Part shown: positions 53,001 through 64,000 of the stretch, in pieces | Layout: each line of letters starts with the position of its first letter | How positions within the stretch are numbered: position 1 is the stretch's first letter | Assembly (NCBI GenBank): GCA_002245135.1 | Contig: NGBS01000893.1 | Span: 62,001 to 126,000 of the forward strand | Direction of reading: 5' to 3' | DNA length: 64,000 nt | Source of the DNA: Proteromonas lacertae | Taxonomy: Eukaryota | Translations under genes and position numbers: made by a program | The notes under the pieces: generated by a model | Seen by the model: only the letters and a program-made list of their open reading frames with translations | The model's database searches: none | What the model was told of the DNA's origin: nothing

Positions 53001-54562
53001 CAATGGGAATAGAAATCAATACAACAACAACCAATTTTGGTGGGATGATAGGAAGAATAGGTGATATTAGTGTTGAAAATACAATAATCATAACAAATTC
53101 CTCAATGCAAATGCCAATTGGTCATAACACATTTATATTCAGAAATGAAACTGAAGATATTGATGAATCTCCAAATGTTGGTTTTATATTTGGAACAAAT
53201 TTAACCAATAATAATACTTATACATTAGATCATACAATGGCTTATGTAGAATCATGTAATCCAAATTCTCATTGTATATCACCAGAAATGTATTATCAAC
53301 CATATGGAGTATATCCAGCTAGTAAAAGTAGATTATTAGGTGTAACAGAAAATAATTATTGTAGTGGATCTGGAGCATTGAAAGATGAAGGAATATATCA
53401 AAGTTCTGAAGGATTGGGAAATGAATTTTGTAATTCTTTTGGAAGAACAACTTGTGAAGGATATAATGGAATATGCTATGATCCATTATCCTTTAGTCCA
53501 TGTAAATTACCTAAAAGTAAAGTTGAATTGAGTTTAAAAGTAGATAGAATCAAATCTGCAACAAGTAGAAAATTATGTCCAAATGATTGTAATTCTTATG
53601 GAGTTTGTATTTATGGTAAATGTTCATGTTTTCCTGGTTTTACTTCATTTGATTGTCGATTAAGAACATGTCCATTTGGAAGTCCAATTTCAAATCCATC
53701 AAATGAATATGAGAAAGATGATAGAATGAATTATGAATGTTCAAATCAAGGAAGATGTAATAGAGAGAGTGGATTATGTGAATGTTTTAATGGATTTGAA
53801 GGAAATGCATGTCAAAGAACAAAATGTCCAAATGAATGTTCAAATCATGGAATTTGTATGACAGTAAGTGAAGCTGAATTAAAGAAAGAAAAGGATAATA
53901 TAAACGATAATGATAAATACAATTATGATATAAATTATGTGAAGAAATATGAGAAATGGGATAAAGATTCAATTCAAGTATGTGTTTGTGATAAAGAATA
54001 TCGAGGAGTTGATTGTTCAATTCGAAAATGTCCATATGGATATTTAGCTGATAGTGAATGTGATTCCTTATCTCAAAGTGAAATTACAATTACATATTCA
54101 GGAACAATTTCTAGTGGTAATGATAATGATAAAATCTATGTGAAATATACAGATCCATTTGGTAGAAAATGGTTTACAAAGAGTTTTAGTATAAATAAAA
54201 GAGAAGAATGGTTAGATGTTTTAGGTTCTTTACCTCCAGGTGTTATATCAATTGAAGATATTACAGTAAGTGGTAATAATCCAATTACCATTTCCTTAAC
54301 CTTCTCAAAACATCAAACAGGAAGACAATATCCAATCGAAATAATTGGAAAGAAAGAAATGGAAAATTACAAAGAATTGAAAGATAAAAATAGTGATAGT
54401 ATTATTGAAATAAAAGATAATGAATTAACATATGAAATGGATTATACTCAAAGATCTTTAGAATGTAGTAATAATGGAATTTGTGATATAAAGAGTGGAA
54501 TATGTAATTGTTTTGATGGATTTAGAGGAATATCTTGTTCAGAAGTTGATTCTACTTTTTAA
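47062..54562 (+). CDS. Giant secreted multidomain protein: metzincin peptidase, beta-sandwich modules, Pro/Thr linkers, (I/F)GG(L/M)IG repeats and a mastigoneme-like EGF C-terminus; split into 4 ORFs by three frame breaks
   Basis: Signal peptide, HEAGHNMGFGH with downstream Met (ASYMA), YYRTTF...GIIVYVNGYEIYRYNL module, and the C-terminal series CPNDC..DCRLRTCPFG..ECSNQGRCNRESGLCEC..WD....CVCD..DCSIRKCP..ECSNNGICD. The ORFs abut or overlap on one strand. Confidence 0.7.
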
Positions 54563-54715
54563 CTGTTAATGTAACAAATTATCTAAAATTCACACTATAT
54601 TACGTATATACGATGTATTTTGTTTGTTAGCATGATATAATTCAATAGGAGGTATAATATTATTCATTTAATTATAAATAATCAACTAAAATATAAAAAC
54701 AATAGAATAGTAAAT

Positions 54716-55368
54716 TTATTTATGATGTCTTGATGATTTACAATATTCAGCATATTTAGGTTGTTTTTCAAACTTTTCCATAAATTCTTTTAATGTTGAA
54801 TTCTTCTTTATTAAACCGTTTGAATAAGCATCACAAAGATAAAATGTATCATATACTTCAATGTCAGCAATAGATAATCTCTTTCCTATAAAGAAATTAC
54901 CAGCATTCTCCTTTTTTAAATTTTCAAAATAACCAATCCATACAGGAAGTATTCTTTCAATAAATTCCTTTTTTACATCTTCTTTATCTTTATTAAATAT
55001 TGCTGAATTATAATATTTGCTTCTTAAATCTTCACTTCCATCTATAATCACATCAATTTGCCATTTTTCTTCATCATTATCTCCATATAAATTTAATCTA
55101 TATATCAACAAACAATAATATATACAATCTTCCTAAATATCTTAATATTGTCATACTTTGAACAATATTATTGCCGTTATGCTTTAATAACGGTACTTGA
55201 CCAAATGCTATCTCACCTGATTCAATCATTCTCTTTTTTACTTCTGGCCAATTCACAAGTTTCTCATATCAACTCCTCTTTGTAATCTTTGCCACTCAAA
55301 ACAAGTGCAATTCTTGCAACCTCTACACGACCTCGAACATTCAAATAAACTATAGTAAATTCATCCAT
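54716..55368 (-). CDS. Glutathione S-transferase (Pi/Sigma-like); one intron and an apparent +1 frameshift near 55265
   Basis: MDEFTIVYLNVRGRVEVARI, FGQVPLL, VQSMTILRYLGR, LYG and FFIGKRLSIAD. Confidence 0.9.
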
Positions 55369-55537
55369 ACTATATGGATAAGCTGTATGAAGAAAAAAAC
55401 AAAATTGGTATACTTGAAACGATACTATTTTGGGTTAATTTTCGCACCACATCTTTTTAAATTCTATTTATTTCATCTATTTAAAGATAAACATGTAATT
55501 AAAATATATTTATATAATCATTAAGAGTTAAAAATAT

Positions 55538-57799
55538 TTAATTTTGATGAGAAACTGATAATAATTCAAAAGAGGTATATTGTCTGTATGGTATAGCATA
55601 TGTATATAATGGAGAAGGTAAATCTTTAACAAGTAAAACAGGAGATGAATCATTATGACTTATCCAAAATTCTCTTTTATTCATATCAACTATCACTTCA
55701 TAAATTGAACCATCTCCATGATTATTGAAATTTGGATTTGAATTAACAACTCTTCCAATATGACAAAATGGAGTAATATCTTGACTTTTACCATTCCAAG
55801 CAGCAAAATTACATGTTGTTGATTGATCATCAATATTATTACCAGAATATGCATTATTAGTTGATAATCCTAACATCATTTCATTATCACTATTTGATTG
55901 ATTTTGATGAAATTGATATTTGATATGATAAACTCCATTTTCCATCTTCAAATTCAAATAACAATGATTCCAACCATTTTGAGATTTTGTTATTACTTTT
56001 CCATTATTTGAGATTGTTATATTTCCACTTTTATTTAATTCTGTGAATTTTACATCAACAAATTCTAATGAGATTTTGAATTTCTTTTCACTTCGAATAT
56101 TCTTACAGGTCATTTCATATTCTCTCTTTTCTATTACTTTATCTATCTTTCCATGAATTATTCCATTTTCTCTATCTATCATTATTCCATCAGGTAAGGA
56201 TGGATTTATTGAAAATTCACATTTTGCTCCATCAAATGTAGGAAGTATTGACATTTCTTCATTTAGAATTAAGGAATATTCTGATTGAGGATATGAAAAT
56301 GATGTGATTTCTTTTATTTTTAATTTCTCTAATAATTCTTCATCTATAATGATATTACTCATCTCTTCTTCTTCATTCTCACTCAATTTCATTTCTTGAA
56401 TATATTCGATTAACAATTCTTTGGATTTGGAATTTAAATAACATCCATTATTTAATATTCTATAAAGAATTTCTTTTCCACAAAGATTCTTGATTGTAAT
56501 AATATCATCTATCATTTCAACAAACAAACATAAACACTTCAAGGTTCGATTTCTTTTACTCACATTGTATTCTACACATATTCTTCCTAACAACTTATTC
56601 TTTATTTCAACAGGTATTATTTCACATATTTTCATTTCAATTATTATATTTAAAACTATTTCAATCATTTTTATATCTTCATTCTTTAATAATTTTATCA
56701 CTTCTTCTTTGATTTCTTCACCATTTAACTTCTCTAATACATTTTCATTCAATTCTATTTTACATTCTTCTTTCATATAATTTTCAATTATTATCTTCAT
56801 CAATTCAACATTCTTCACTTCTTCTATATTCACACAGATATGATGATTTATATAGTCATCTATACAGATTTTTAATTTAGATAATTCTAATAAATTTTCT
56901 TCACATATTTCATCTTTTTTTATTTCATTTAAATGGATTTTTCTTTTTAATAATTCAACAAAACAATACAATTCTTCTTCATTTTCTTCACACTCTTCTT
57001 TCAATACTCTCACATACCATTTCAATAAACGATTCAATAACCAACTCTCATTCTTTATTAATAATCCATCATTATTCAATAGAAACTTCATTGATTCTAA
57101 ATTCAGTTTTGATAATAATTCATCTATTCAAATATTATCACAAATTTATTTATATACCATCATTCAAGTATTTAAATACATTCATTTTTACATATTCTTC
57201 ACTCATCTCTCGCAATTCATTCAATTGATTTATCTTTAATCCATTCAACATAGAAAATATTTCAATCATTATTGAATCATTTAAATGTTTCTTTATATAG
57301 CTTTTACACATCTTCATTATTCGATTGTCATTGTAATAGATACTGAATCTCAATATATCACAAACATTATCATCATTCAATTCCATACAACCACCACTGT
57401 AGTATTTCTCTATCTCTAAAAATGACTTTATTTCACATTTTTCATATAATTCTAATACTCCATTATGCTTTTCATCAAGTCAATAACTTCTTTAATGTAT
57501 CATTCCCATTCATCAAGATACTCTTCACACATACAACTTCTTCACTTCCTATTTTCACTTTCAAATCACCATAACCATTATTCACTAGTATTCGACTTAG
57601 TCTATAAAATCAAATTTTATCATTCATACCCATTCTCACCAATTTCATTATCAATTACTTTCATTTCAGCAAAATATTGATTTTGGAATTGTTTTTGAAA
57701 TGTGATCGTTTCATTCTCATTCAAATCAGTTACACTGAATAAATCAATAATGAGGAATGATATGAATGAATGAAGAAGTGAAACAAATAAAATGAGCAT
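55538..57799 (-). CDS. BTB/BACK plus putative Ig plus SPRY-like protein; start uncertain; apparent +1 frameshift near 57477
   Basis: BTB (YGDLKVKIG...YYSGGCMELNDDNVCDIL...CKSYI), Ig-like (FSINPSLPDGIMIDRENGIIHGK) and SPRY-like C-terminus (GSIYEVIVDMNKREF). Two GT-AG introns. Confidence 0.7.
55542..55608. repeat. 67-bp inverted repeat, left copy (3' end of the BTB-SPRY gene)
   Basis: Matches the reverse complement of 58326-58392 at 65 of 67 positions. Confidence 0.9.
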
Positions 57800-57865
57800 G
57801 AATATTATTTCAAAGATTATTCAACACACAATAAAAATAATAACAAATTCATGTATATTTATCAA

Positions 57866-58304
57866 TCATTCTGTATTTGCTACTAAAGCTGCACCTTTCA
57901 ATAACCATCTACTTACATTATCATCATCAGCTGTTGGTATCGCAATATAAAACTCAAAATCACAACTTCGACGAGTTGAATATCTATAAACTGGACAATT
58001 GAATAGATTTTTAGATATTTTTTATATCTCCATCAGGTCTTCTTCCCCAATTATCATTAATAGGAATTGCACATAAACTCAACACTGGCATTCCACATAT
58101 TAAATCATTTGGACCACTATCAGCTATAAAACCACACGAAGAATGATCTGGAGGTTGATAATATTTAGCTCCATATAATGATAATCCATCGATAAATACA
58201 CCTGTTTCTGGAGTATCTTTGATTGCTTGATAACTTGCATAATTAGTTGGACATGAATCTATTACATAATCATTTATACTAGAATTTGTATCAACTATAC
58301 AAGC
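57866..58304 (-). pseudogene. Orphan last exon of a dynein heavy chain (C-terminal domain)
   Basis: PETGVFIDGLSLYGAKY...MPVL...FNCPVYRYSTRR...RWLLKGAALV fits the DHC C-terminal consensus. Preceded by an intron acceptor but no upstream dynein exons; one frameshift near 58012. Confidence 0.8.
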
Positions 58305-58325
58305 CTATTTATATTATAATAAACA

Positions 58326-58396
58326 TATATACATGTGCTATACCATACAGACAATACACCTCTTTTGAATTATTATCAGTTTCTCATCAAAAGTAA
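58326..58396 (+). repeat. Inverted copy of the BTB-SPRY gene 3' end (YTCAIPYRQYTSFELLSVSHQK*)
   Basis: 65/67 identity to 55542-55608 in opposite orientation. Confidence 0.9.
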
Positions 58397-58687
58397 AACA
58401 ATTAATTTATGTATCTCTATAACTTGATTTCATGTTATAATACATTTTTGAATAAAGAGTGGTTATAAAAATAGCAGCTGTTTACTATATTAGTACTTTT
58501 GTTATTTTTGTTTATAAATTATATCAATATATCATCATATATAGATATATCATACATTCATATCTCCTTATCTTTTTATTCTTATAAAATTTGACTTTTT
58601 ATAATCAAGCCAAACAAATCCTTTTTTTCGTTTCAAATTCTAAAATCGATATATAATAGAAATTACTACTTTTTTACCAATAGAATC

Positions 58688-61600
58688 ATGAGTACAGGTA
58701 TGAATATGTCCGTATTTTGAGTTTTATTTGTCATTTATATTCCATCTTTCACTCATTTTATACAACTATAGAGAACGAAGGAAAGAAACCTCCCTATTCT
58801 TGGAAATTATGGGAGAATGATGATTGTAAAGGTAAAGAGTTGTATTTTTATGGTCATTCTTCTTGTTTAATTGGAGATCGTGTTGTTTTATTTGGTGGTA
58901 TAATTCTCACTATTTGTAATAATATAGGCGCCTCATTTCCTGAAGGAAGTCTTGCTTTAGAAGAAGATTCCAAACCACCCCTTTCAAACGCCATAGCTAT
59001 ACTAAAAATTTTACCAAATGGAAGTTTTCAATGGTGTGGCAAAATGATAACTAATGGCAAATGCCCAGCTCCCAGAATGGGTCATACAATGTGTGCAATA
59101 GACGATAACCACATATTAATATTTGGAGGAATGGGAGAAACACAGAAATTCAATGATATGTGGTTATGTGATTTACAGAATCTAAAATGGGATCCAGTCT
59201 ATTATACAGGCACACCACCTACTCCAAGATGTGAACATAGCATGTGTGTTTATAAAGAATCTGATGATAATTTAAAACTGTTTATTTTCGGTGGAAGTGT
59301 TGGTAAAGGTTCAATTAAATATGATTCTAGTGATTTATATAGTTTTTCATTACGAGATCATTATTGGGAACAGTTGGTGTGTCCTTATCCGAAGAATTTA
59401 CCTGAACCACGATCAGGACATATAATGGTAGAAAGTGGAGGATGTTTATATATGTATATTTCATTCATTTTTATTTATTTTTTCCTATTATATTATAGAT
59501 CAGGCGGTATATCCAATCACAAAACCTATCAAGATCTTTACGAGTATAATATCCTAACCAACAATTGGAGACAATTACTCGAACCACCAAAGCCTTTATG
59601 GTTTCATTCTGCTTGTACAGCTGATAGAAAAATCATCATCTTTGGCGGACAACAACGATTGGATAAGATAATAAGTGATGAAGGATTTAATAATGATTTA
59701 TTAATGTGTGATACAACAGTAAAAGATGGTTCTTGGAAGATAGTAAGTGTATTAGGGAATCCACCACCAACACGAAGATCTTGTACTTTCCTATTTGATG
59801 AAGAAAGAAGTAGAGCAATTGTGATAGGTGGTACTGCTAATAAAGTAAGACCTGGTATTTATACATTAGAAATAACAAGACCTGAATATTTATTAACATC
59901 ATTAAACCCTCCAAAAGGTATAGTAAGTGGTGGAAGTCCATTGGAATTAGTTGGTGATAAATTTGTAAAAGATGAAGAAATATGGATAAGATTTATACAT
60001 AAGAATGGTAGATGTGAATCACCAGGTACATTTATTGATACACAACATATTATCTGTACAACTCCTGATTTTAGTGAAGTTGGTTGTGGTAAAGTAGATG
60101 TAGAATTATCAATAGGTGATTATAGAGCTGTAAATACACTAAGTTATGATATATTTGCATTAACTGATGCTTCATTATGTGTTCCATTTGGCATTTCATT
60201 GAGTGATGATAAGAAATTAGCAACTACAAAATCACATTCATTTCGAATATTTGCTATTGATGTTAGTGGAATAAGCAGAGATTCTGGTGGTGATACATTT
60301 ATAGTTGAATTAGTGAAAGATGATATGGAAATAAAATATCAAGGCAAAGTGATAGATAACAACAATGGAACTTATACTTGTAAATTTAGTTCAAATATTA
60401 CTGGTAAATTCTTTTTACATATTTCATTATTGAATGTTGCAACAAATGAAACAAAGCCATTAAGAGAATCACCGTATTTATATTGTTATATTATTTTATA
60501 TATTATAGATTTACATTATATTTTACTGATCGAGATGATGGTTGGTATAACAAAGAAAATGAAAGTGATGATTCAAAAATGTTAGCTAAAATAATCAACA
60601 ATTTATTATCTGATCAACATACAATGGATAAGTTATCACAAAGATTCAATAATATAAGCGATGTTAGTAATTTGAATGATTTAATCCACACTCAACATGA
60701 TGTGGATGATTTACAGAATAATGCTGGACAATATGCATATCAATTTAAACGATATGAAATACAATTAGATTATTTACAAAACTCAAAAGGTGCAGATCAT
60801 GGATTAACTTGGTTTAAAGAGATTGATAATCAAAAAGCAAATGTAAAGAGATTAAAAAATGCATATCAATATAATGTTGATAGAGTTCCAGATGTACAAA
60901 AAGCAATATTGGATAAAAAAGAATATTTTCTATTAGCTGTTCAAGGAGAATTATCTCAATTTGAGCAAAGAGTTCAAACATTACAACAAGAATTATCAGC
61001 TGATAAACAAAACCCGTTATTTATATGGTTAAGAGGTTCTTATTTAATAGATGTTAAAACAAAAATTACTGATGAATTACAGACATTAGATGGAATGAAA
61101 GAAGAATATAATCATTTTATGTATATGGCTAAACAATTTGACTGTCAAAAGTTACTATTTCCTGTATCAGTATTAGATTTTGAGATTCAGAAATTGAATG
61201 CATTATCAGATGTATGGGATGAGAAAGATGCTTATACAATATGGAAAGATAAATTAGACAAAAAACTGTGGTGTGAAACTACAACAGATTATATAGAAGA
61301 AAGTTTACATCCATTAAGAGCTTTAATTGAATATAAACCAGTTATTGGAAATAGTGATATATATCAATTTATGATGAGTAAATTAGATTATTTAGAAGAT
61401 CATTTGGAGTTGTTTCAATCGTTAAAACATCAAGCCATGACTCGAGAACAATGGGAATACTTATTACAGATGTTAAAGGCAAGTACAAAACTTTGTCCAA
61501 TGACAAATCCACGAGTAACAATGAAGAATATATTTGATTTGAATTTGTTACAAAACAAACAATTAGTGATGGAAATAACTCAAAAAGCAATTTGTCAAAT

Positions 61601-64000
61601 GCTAATAAGAGAAATGTTAGAGAAATTGGAGAAAAAATGGACAAGTGTTCAATTGAAAAAGAAATTCTTCATTCCAAAAACTGATAATAAAAGAGAAAGA
61701 TTAAATACATTATTAAGTGGAGCAGATAGTGATGAAATAGCTATTGATATAATAGCAGATGAAACAAAAGAAGAAAGTAAAAGTAATATAAATAGTAAAA
61801 GACAATCAAAAATGGATAATTCAACCACACCTAAAACACCAAAATCATTATCCTATCCATCAACAACAATAGCAGTAGCAACAACAACAGAAGAAGAAAA
61901 GAAATATGATGAAGAAGGAAAAATTGATTTTCAAAAGAGTGTTGATACAGTAACAACATCTGAAAGTGAAAGTAATACAGCAACACCAATGGTTAATAAT
62001 TATAATAACACATTTATGTCTGGTAATACGAAAGGATATTTAAATGGAATTCCATTATTAGATGAACCATCTGATAATGAAAATGAATCAGATGATGAAA
62101 GAGAAAAACAACTAGAAAGAGAAGCTAATAAAAATTCAAAAGGAATTAATCTATTATATCTATCTGAAGAAGATTTAGAGATAATAAACAGTAGTATGTT
62201 AACAGTTCAGGGGTTATTCTCATCCAAAGATGTTAAAGGATTACAAGAGAAATTACAAAGTGTTTATGACCATTTAAACAGTGCAATTGAGTTATATAGT
62301 ATCTTAACAAGATGTCAAAACTTATTTTGTTATTTGAATTTGATAATGTATTCTTCAGAAGATGTACAAACTGAATTGGGTAAGAATGCTGATATGTATT
62401 TTCTCTCAGAAGAAAGGTTCTTGTTATTATTACAATCAATGACAAGATTAAAATGTTATTATCAAGTAACGAATGATCAGGAGATACAAATTGGTCTAAA
62501 AGACACTTTGAGTCAGTTTGAAAGTGTATTAAAAGATATTCACGATTATTTAATGAAAAAACAACAACAATTTCCACGATTTTATTTCTTAAGTAATGAT
62601 GATTTAATTGATGTTTTATCACATCGTAATGATGCTGAGTATGTTATTAAACACCATATACAACACTTATTCCCTTCTATTTCATCTATGTCTTCAGTTG
62701 AAGGCGATAATAATAATAAAAATCCATCTCCTCCATCATCAGCACCACAGTTTTTAGTTATTAGAAAATTTACTTCACATCTACAGACAGAATCTTTGTT
62801 ATTATATAAGAATATTCCATTAGTTGGTACTCCAGATGAATATTTAAGATCATTGGATGATGCAGTAATTACAAGTTTAAAGTGTTCAATATTAAAAGCA
62901 AAAATACTATTTGAAAGAAAAGAAGGAAGAATTAAATGGTTAAATCAAAAATATGTAGATGATAGTTATGAATATAGTGAACAAATTGGACATGTTGTTT
63001 TACATGGTTATTTTTGTCAACAAGTTGAAGATCATATTAGAAAGAAGAGTTTAAATGTTTTAGCTAAAGAATTCAGCAATTTAATTACCTTAGTTTCAAA
63101 GAAATTAGAAACTTTAACAAAATATAATGATAGACGAAGAGCTGAGAATTTAGCATTAGTTTATTTAGTTGAAAGAGATTTAGTTAGATATTTACAGGAT
63201 AAGAAAGTGACTGATATATCTAATTTTGAATGGATTAGACAATTTAGATATGTAATTGAAGGAGAAGAGAATGATGAAAATGAAGAAGGAAAAGATGGAG
63301 AAGGTGGTGAAAGTCCAAAGAAAACAGATGGATCTTCACCTGAACAAAAATCAGGTAGAAAAAGTATATCTAGAAGAAATAAAAGTAAATCAGCCAAAGG
63401 AAAAGCATTAATATATGCTGAAGAACCAGCTCCAGCTGTAGGTAGTGTATCTGTATTAGTTGGAAGTCAATCTTATAATTACTGTTATGATTATTTAGGT
63501 GATATTGTTCCAATATTCTTAACACCTAACTTAAATACTTTGACATTCTCAATTTATAAAGCATTTGAGTTTTATCAAGGTAGTATGTTAATTGGTGGAA
63601 GTTGTAGTGGAAAATCTACAGTTGTACAAAGATTATCTTATATCTTTGGAAAATATATCTTTCCAGTAACTTGTTCACCTGCATTAGATGAAGTTTATAT
63701 TACCAATATCATGAATGTATTACAAGGTGCACAAATTTGGGGATATTTTGATAAAATAGACCAATTACCAGTTGAAGTATTATCAACATTGTCAAGTTTA
63801 TTAAGAGAGTTTTACCATCGATGTATCTTATTTTCCCATCAAAATATTGGTGTTATTTATCCATTAGTTTTATCTAGTGTAACTACATCAAAGAATATCA
63901 ATGAAACTCATTTATCACCAGTTTGGAGTTCATTAAAGACATTCTTCAGACCGAATACTTGTGCATTACCCAATTTAAGGCAATTAACAGAATCTCTTCT
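58688..64000 (+). CDS. Kelch-IPT-filamin dynein heavy chain (outer-arm alpha-like), divergent; runs off the right edge
   Basis: Kelch repeats (PAPRMGHT, PTPRCEHS, PEPRSGH), IPT (SLNPPKGIVSGGSPL) and filamin (RDSGGDTF..DNNNGTY). After the intron at ~60474-60508 the frame contains FPRFYFLSNDDLIDVLS, FEWIRQFRY, YCYDYLG and AAA1 GGSCSGKST...WGYFD...LKTFFRP. Confidence 0.88.

Overview
This is AT-rich, gene-dense eukaryotic nuclear DNA with many very short spliceosomal introns (mostly 26-45 nt, GTAT...TAG). The tiny introns and a mastigoneme-type EGF module suggest a Blastocystis-like stramenopile; this is an inference. Housekeeping genes are a KH protein, VPS52, GPN3, a SIW14-type phosphatase, PP2C, a RETSAT-like oxidoreductase, UGDH, SF3A3, UTP25, a PDR/ABCG transporter, a BAZ/MBD9-like chromatin protein, ceramide synthase, RibA, GST and one tRNA-Cys. 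Six unusual features stand out. (1) Two U12-type minor introns both end in AA (AT-AA), not AC, with identical branch-point spacing. (2) A young 3.84-kb non-autonomous Polinton/Maverick-like element has ~363-bp TIRs, a 6-bp TSD, a truncated protein-primed PolB and an intact three-intron gene. (3) A KdgK-Eda fusion lacks the catalytic residues of both domains. (4) A kelch-IPT-filamin (outer-arm alpha-type) dynein heavy chain has a degenerate AAA1, with an orphan inverted dynein last exon upstream. (5) A giant secreted protein fuses a metzincin to a mastigoneme-like module. (6) A Crinkler/RHS-type NTPase-nuclease gene is decayed. Several conserved genes carry single-base frameshifts, most likely consensus errors. 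All calls come from manual reading; no searches were run.
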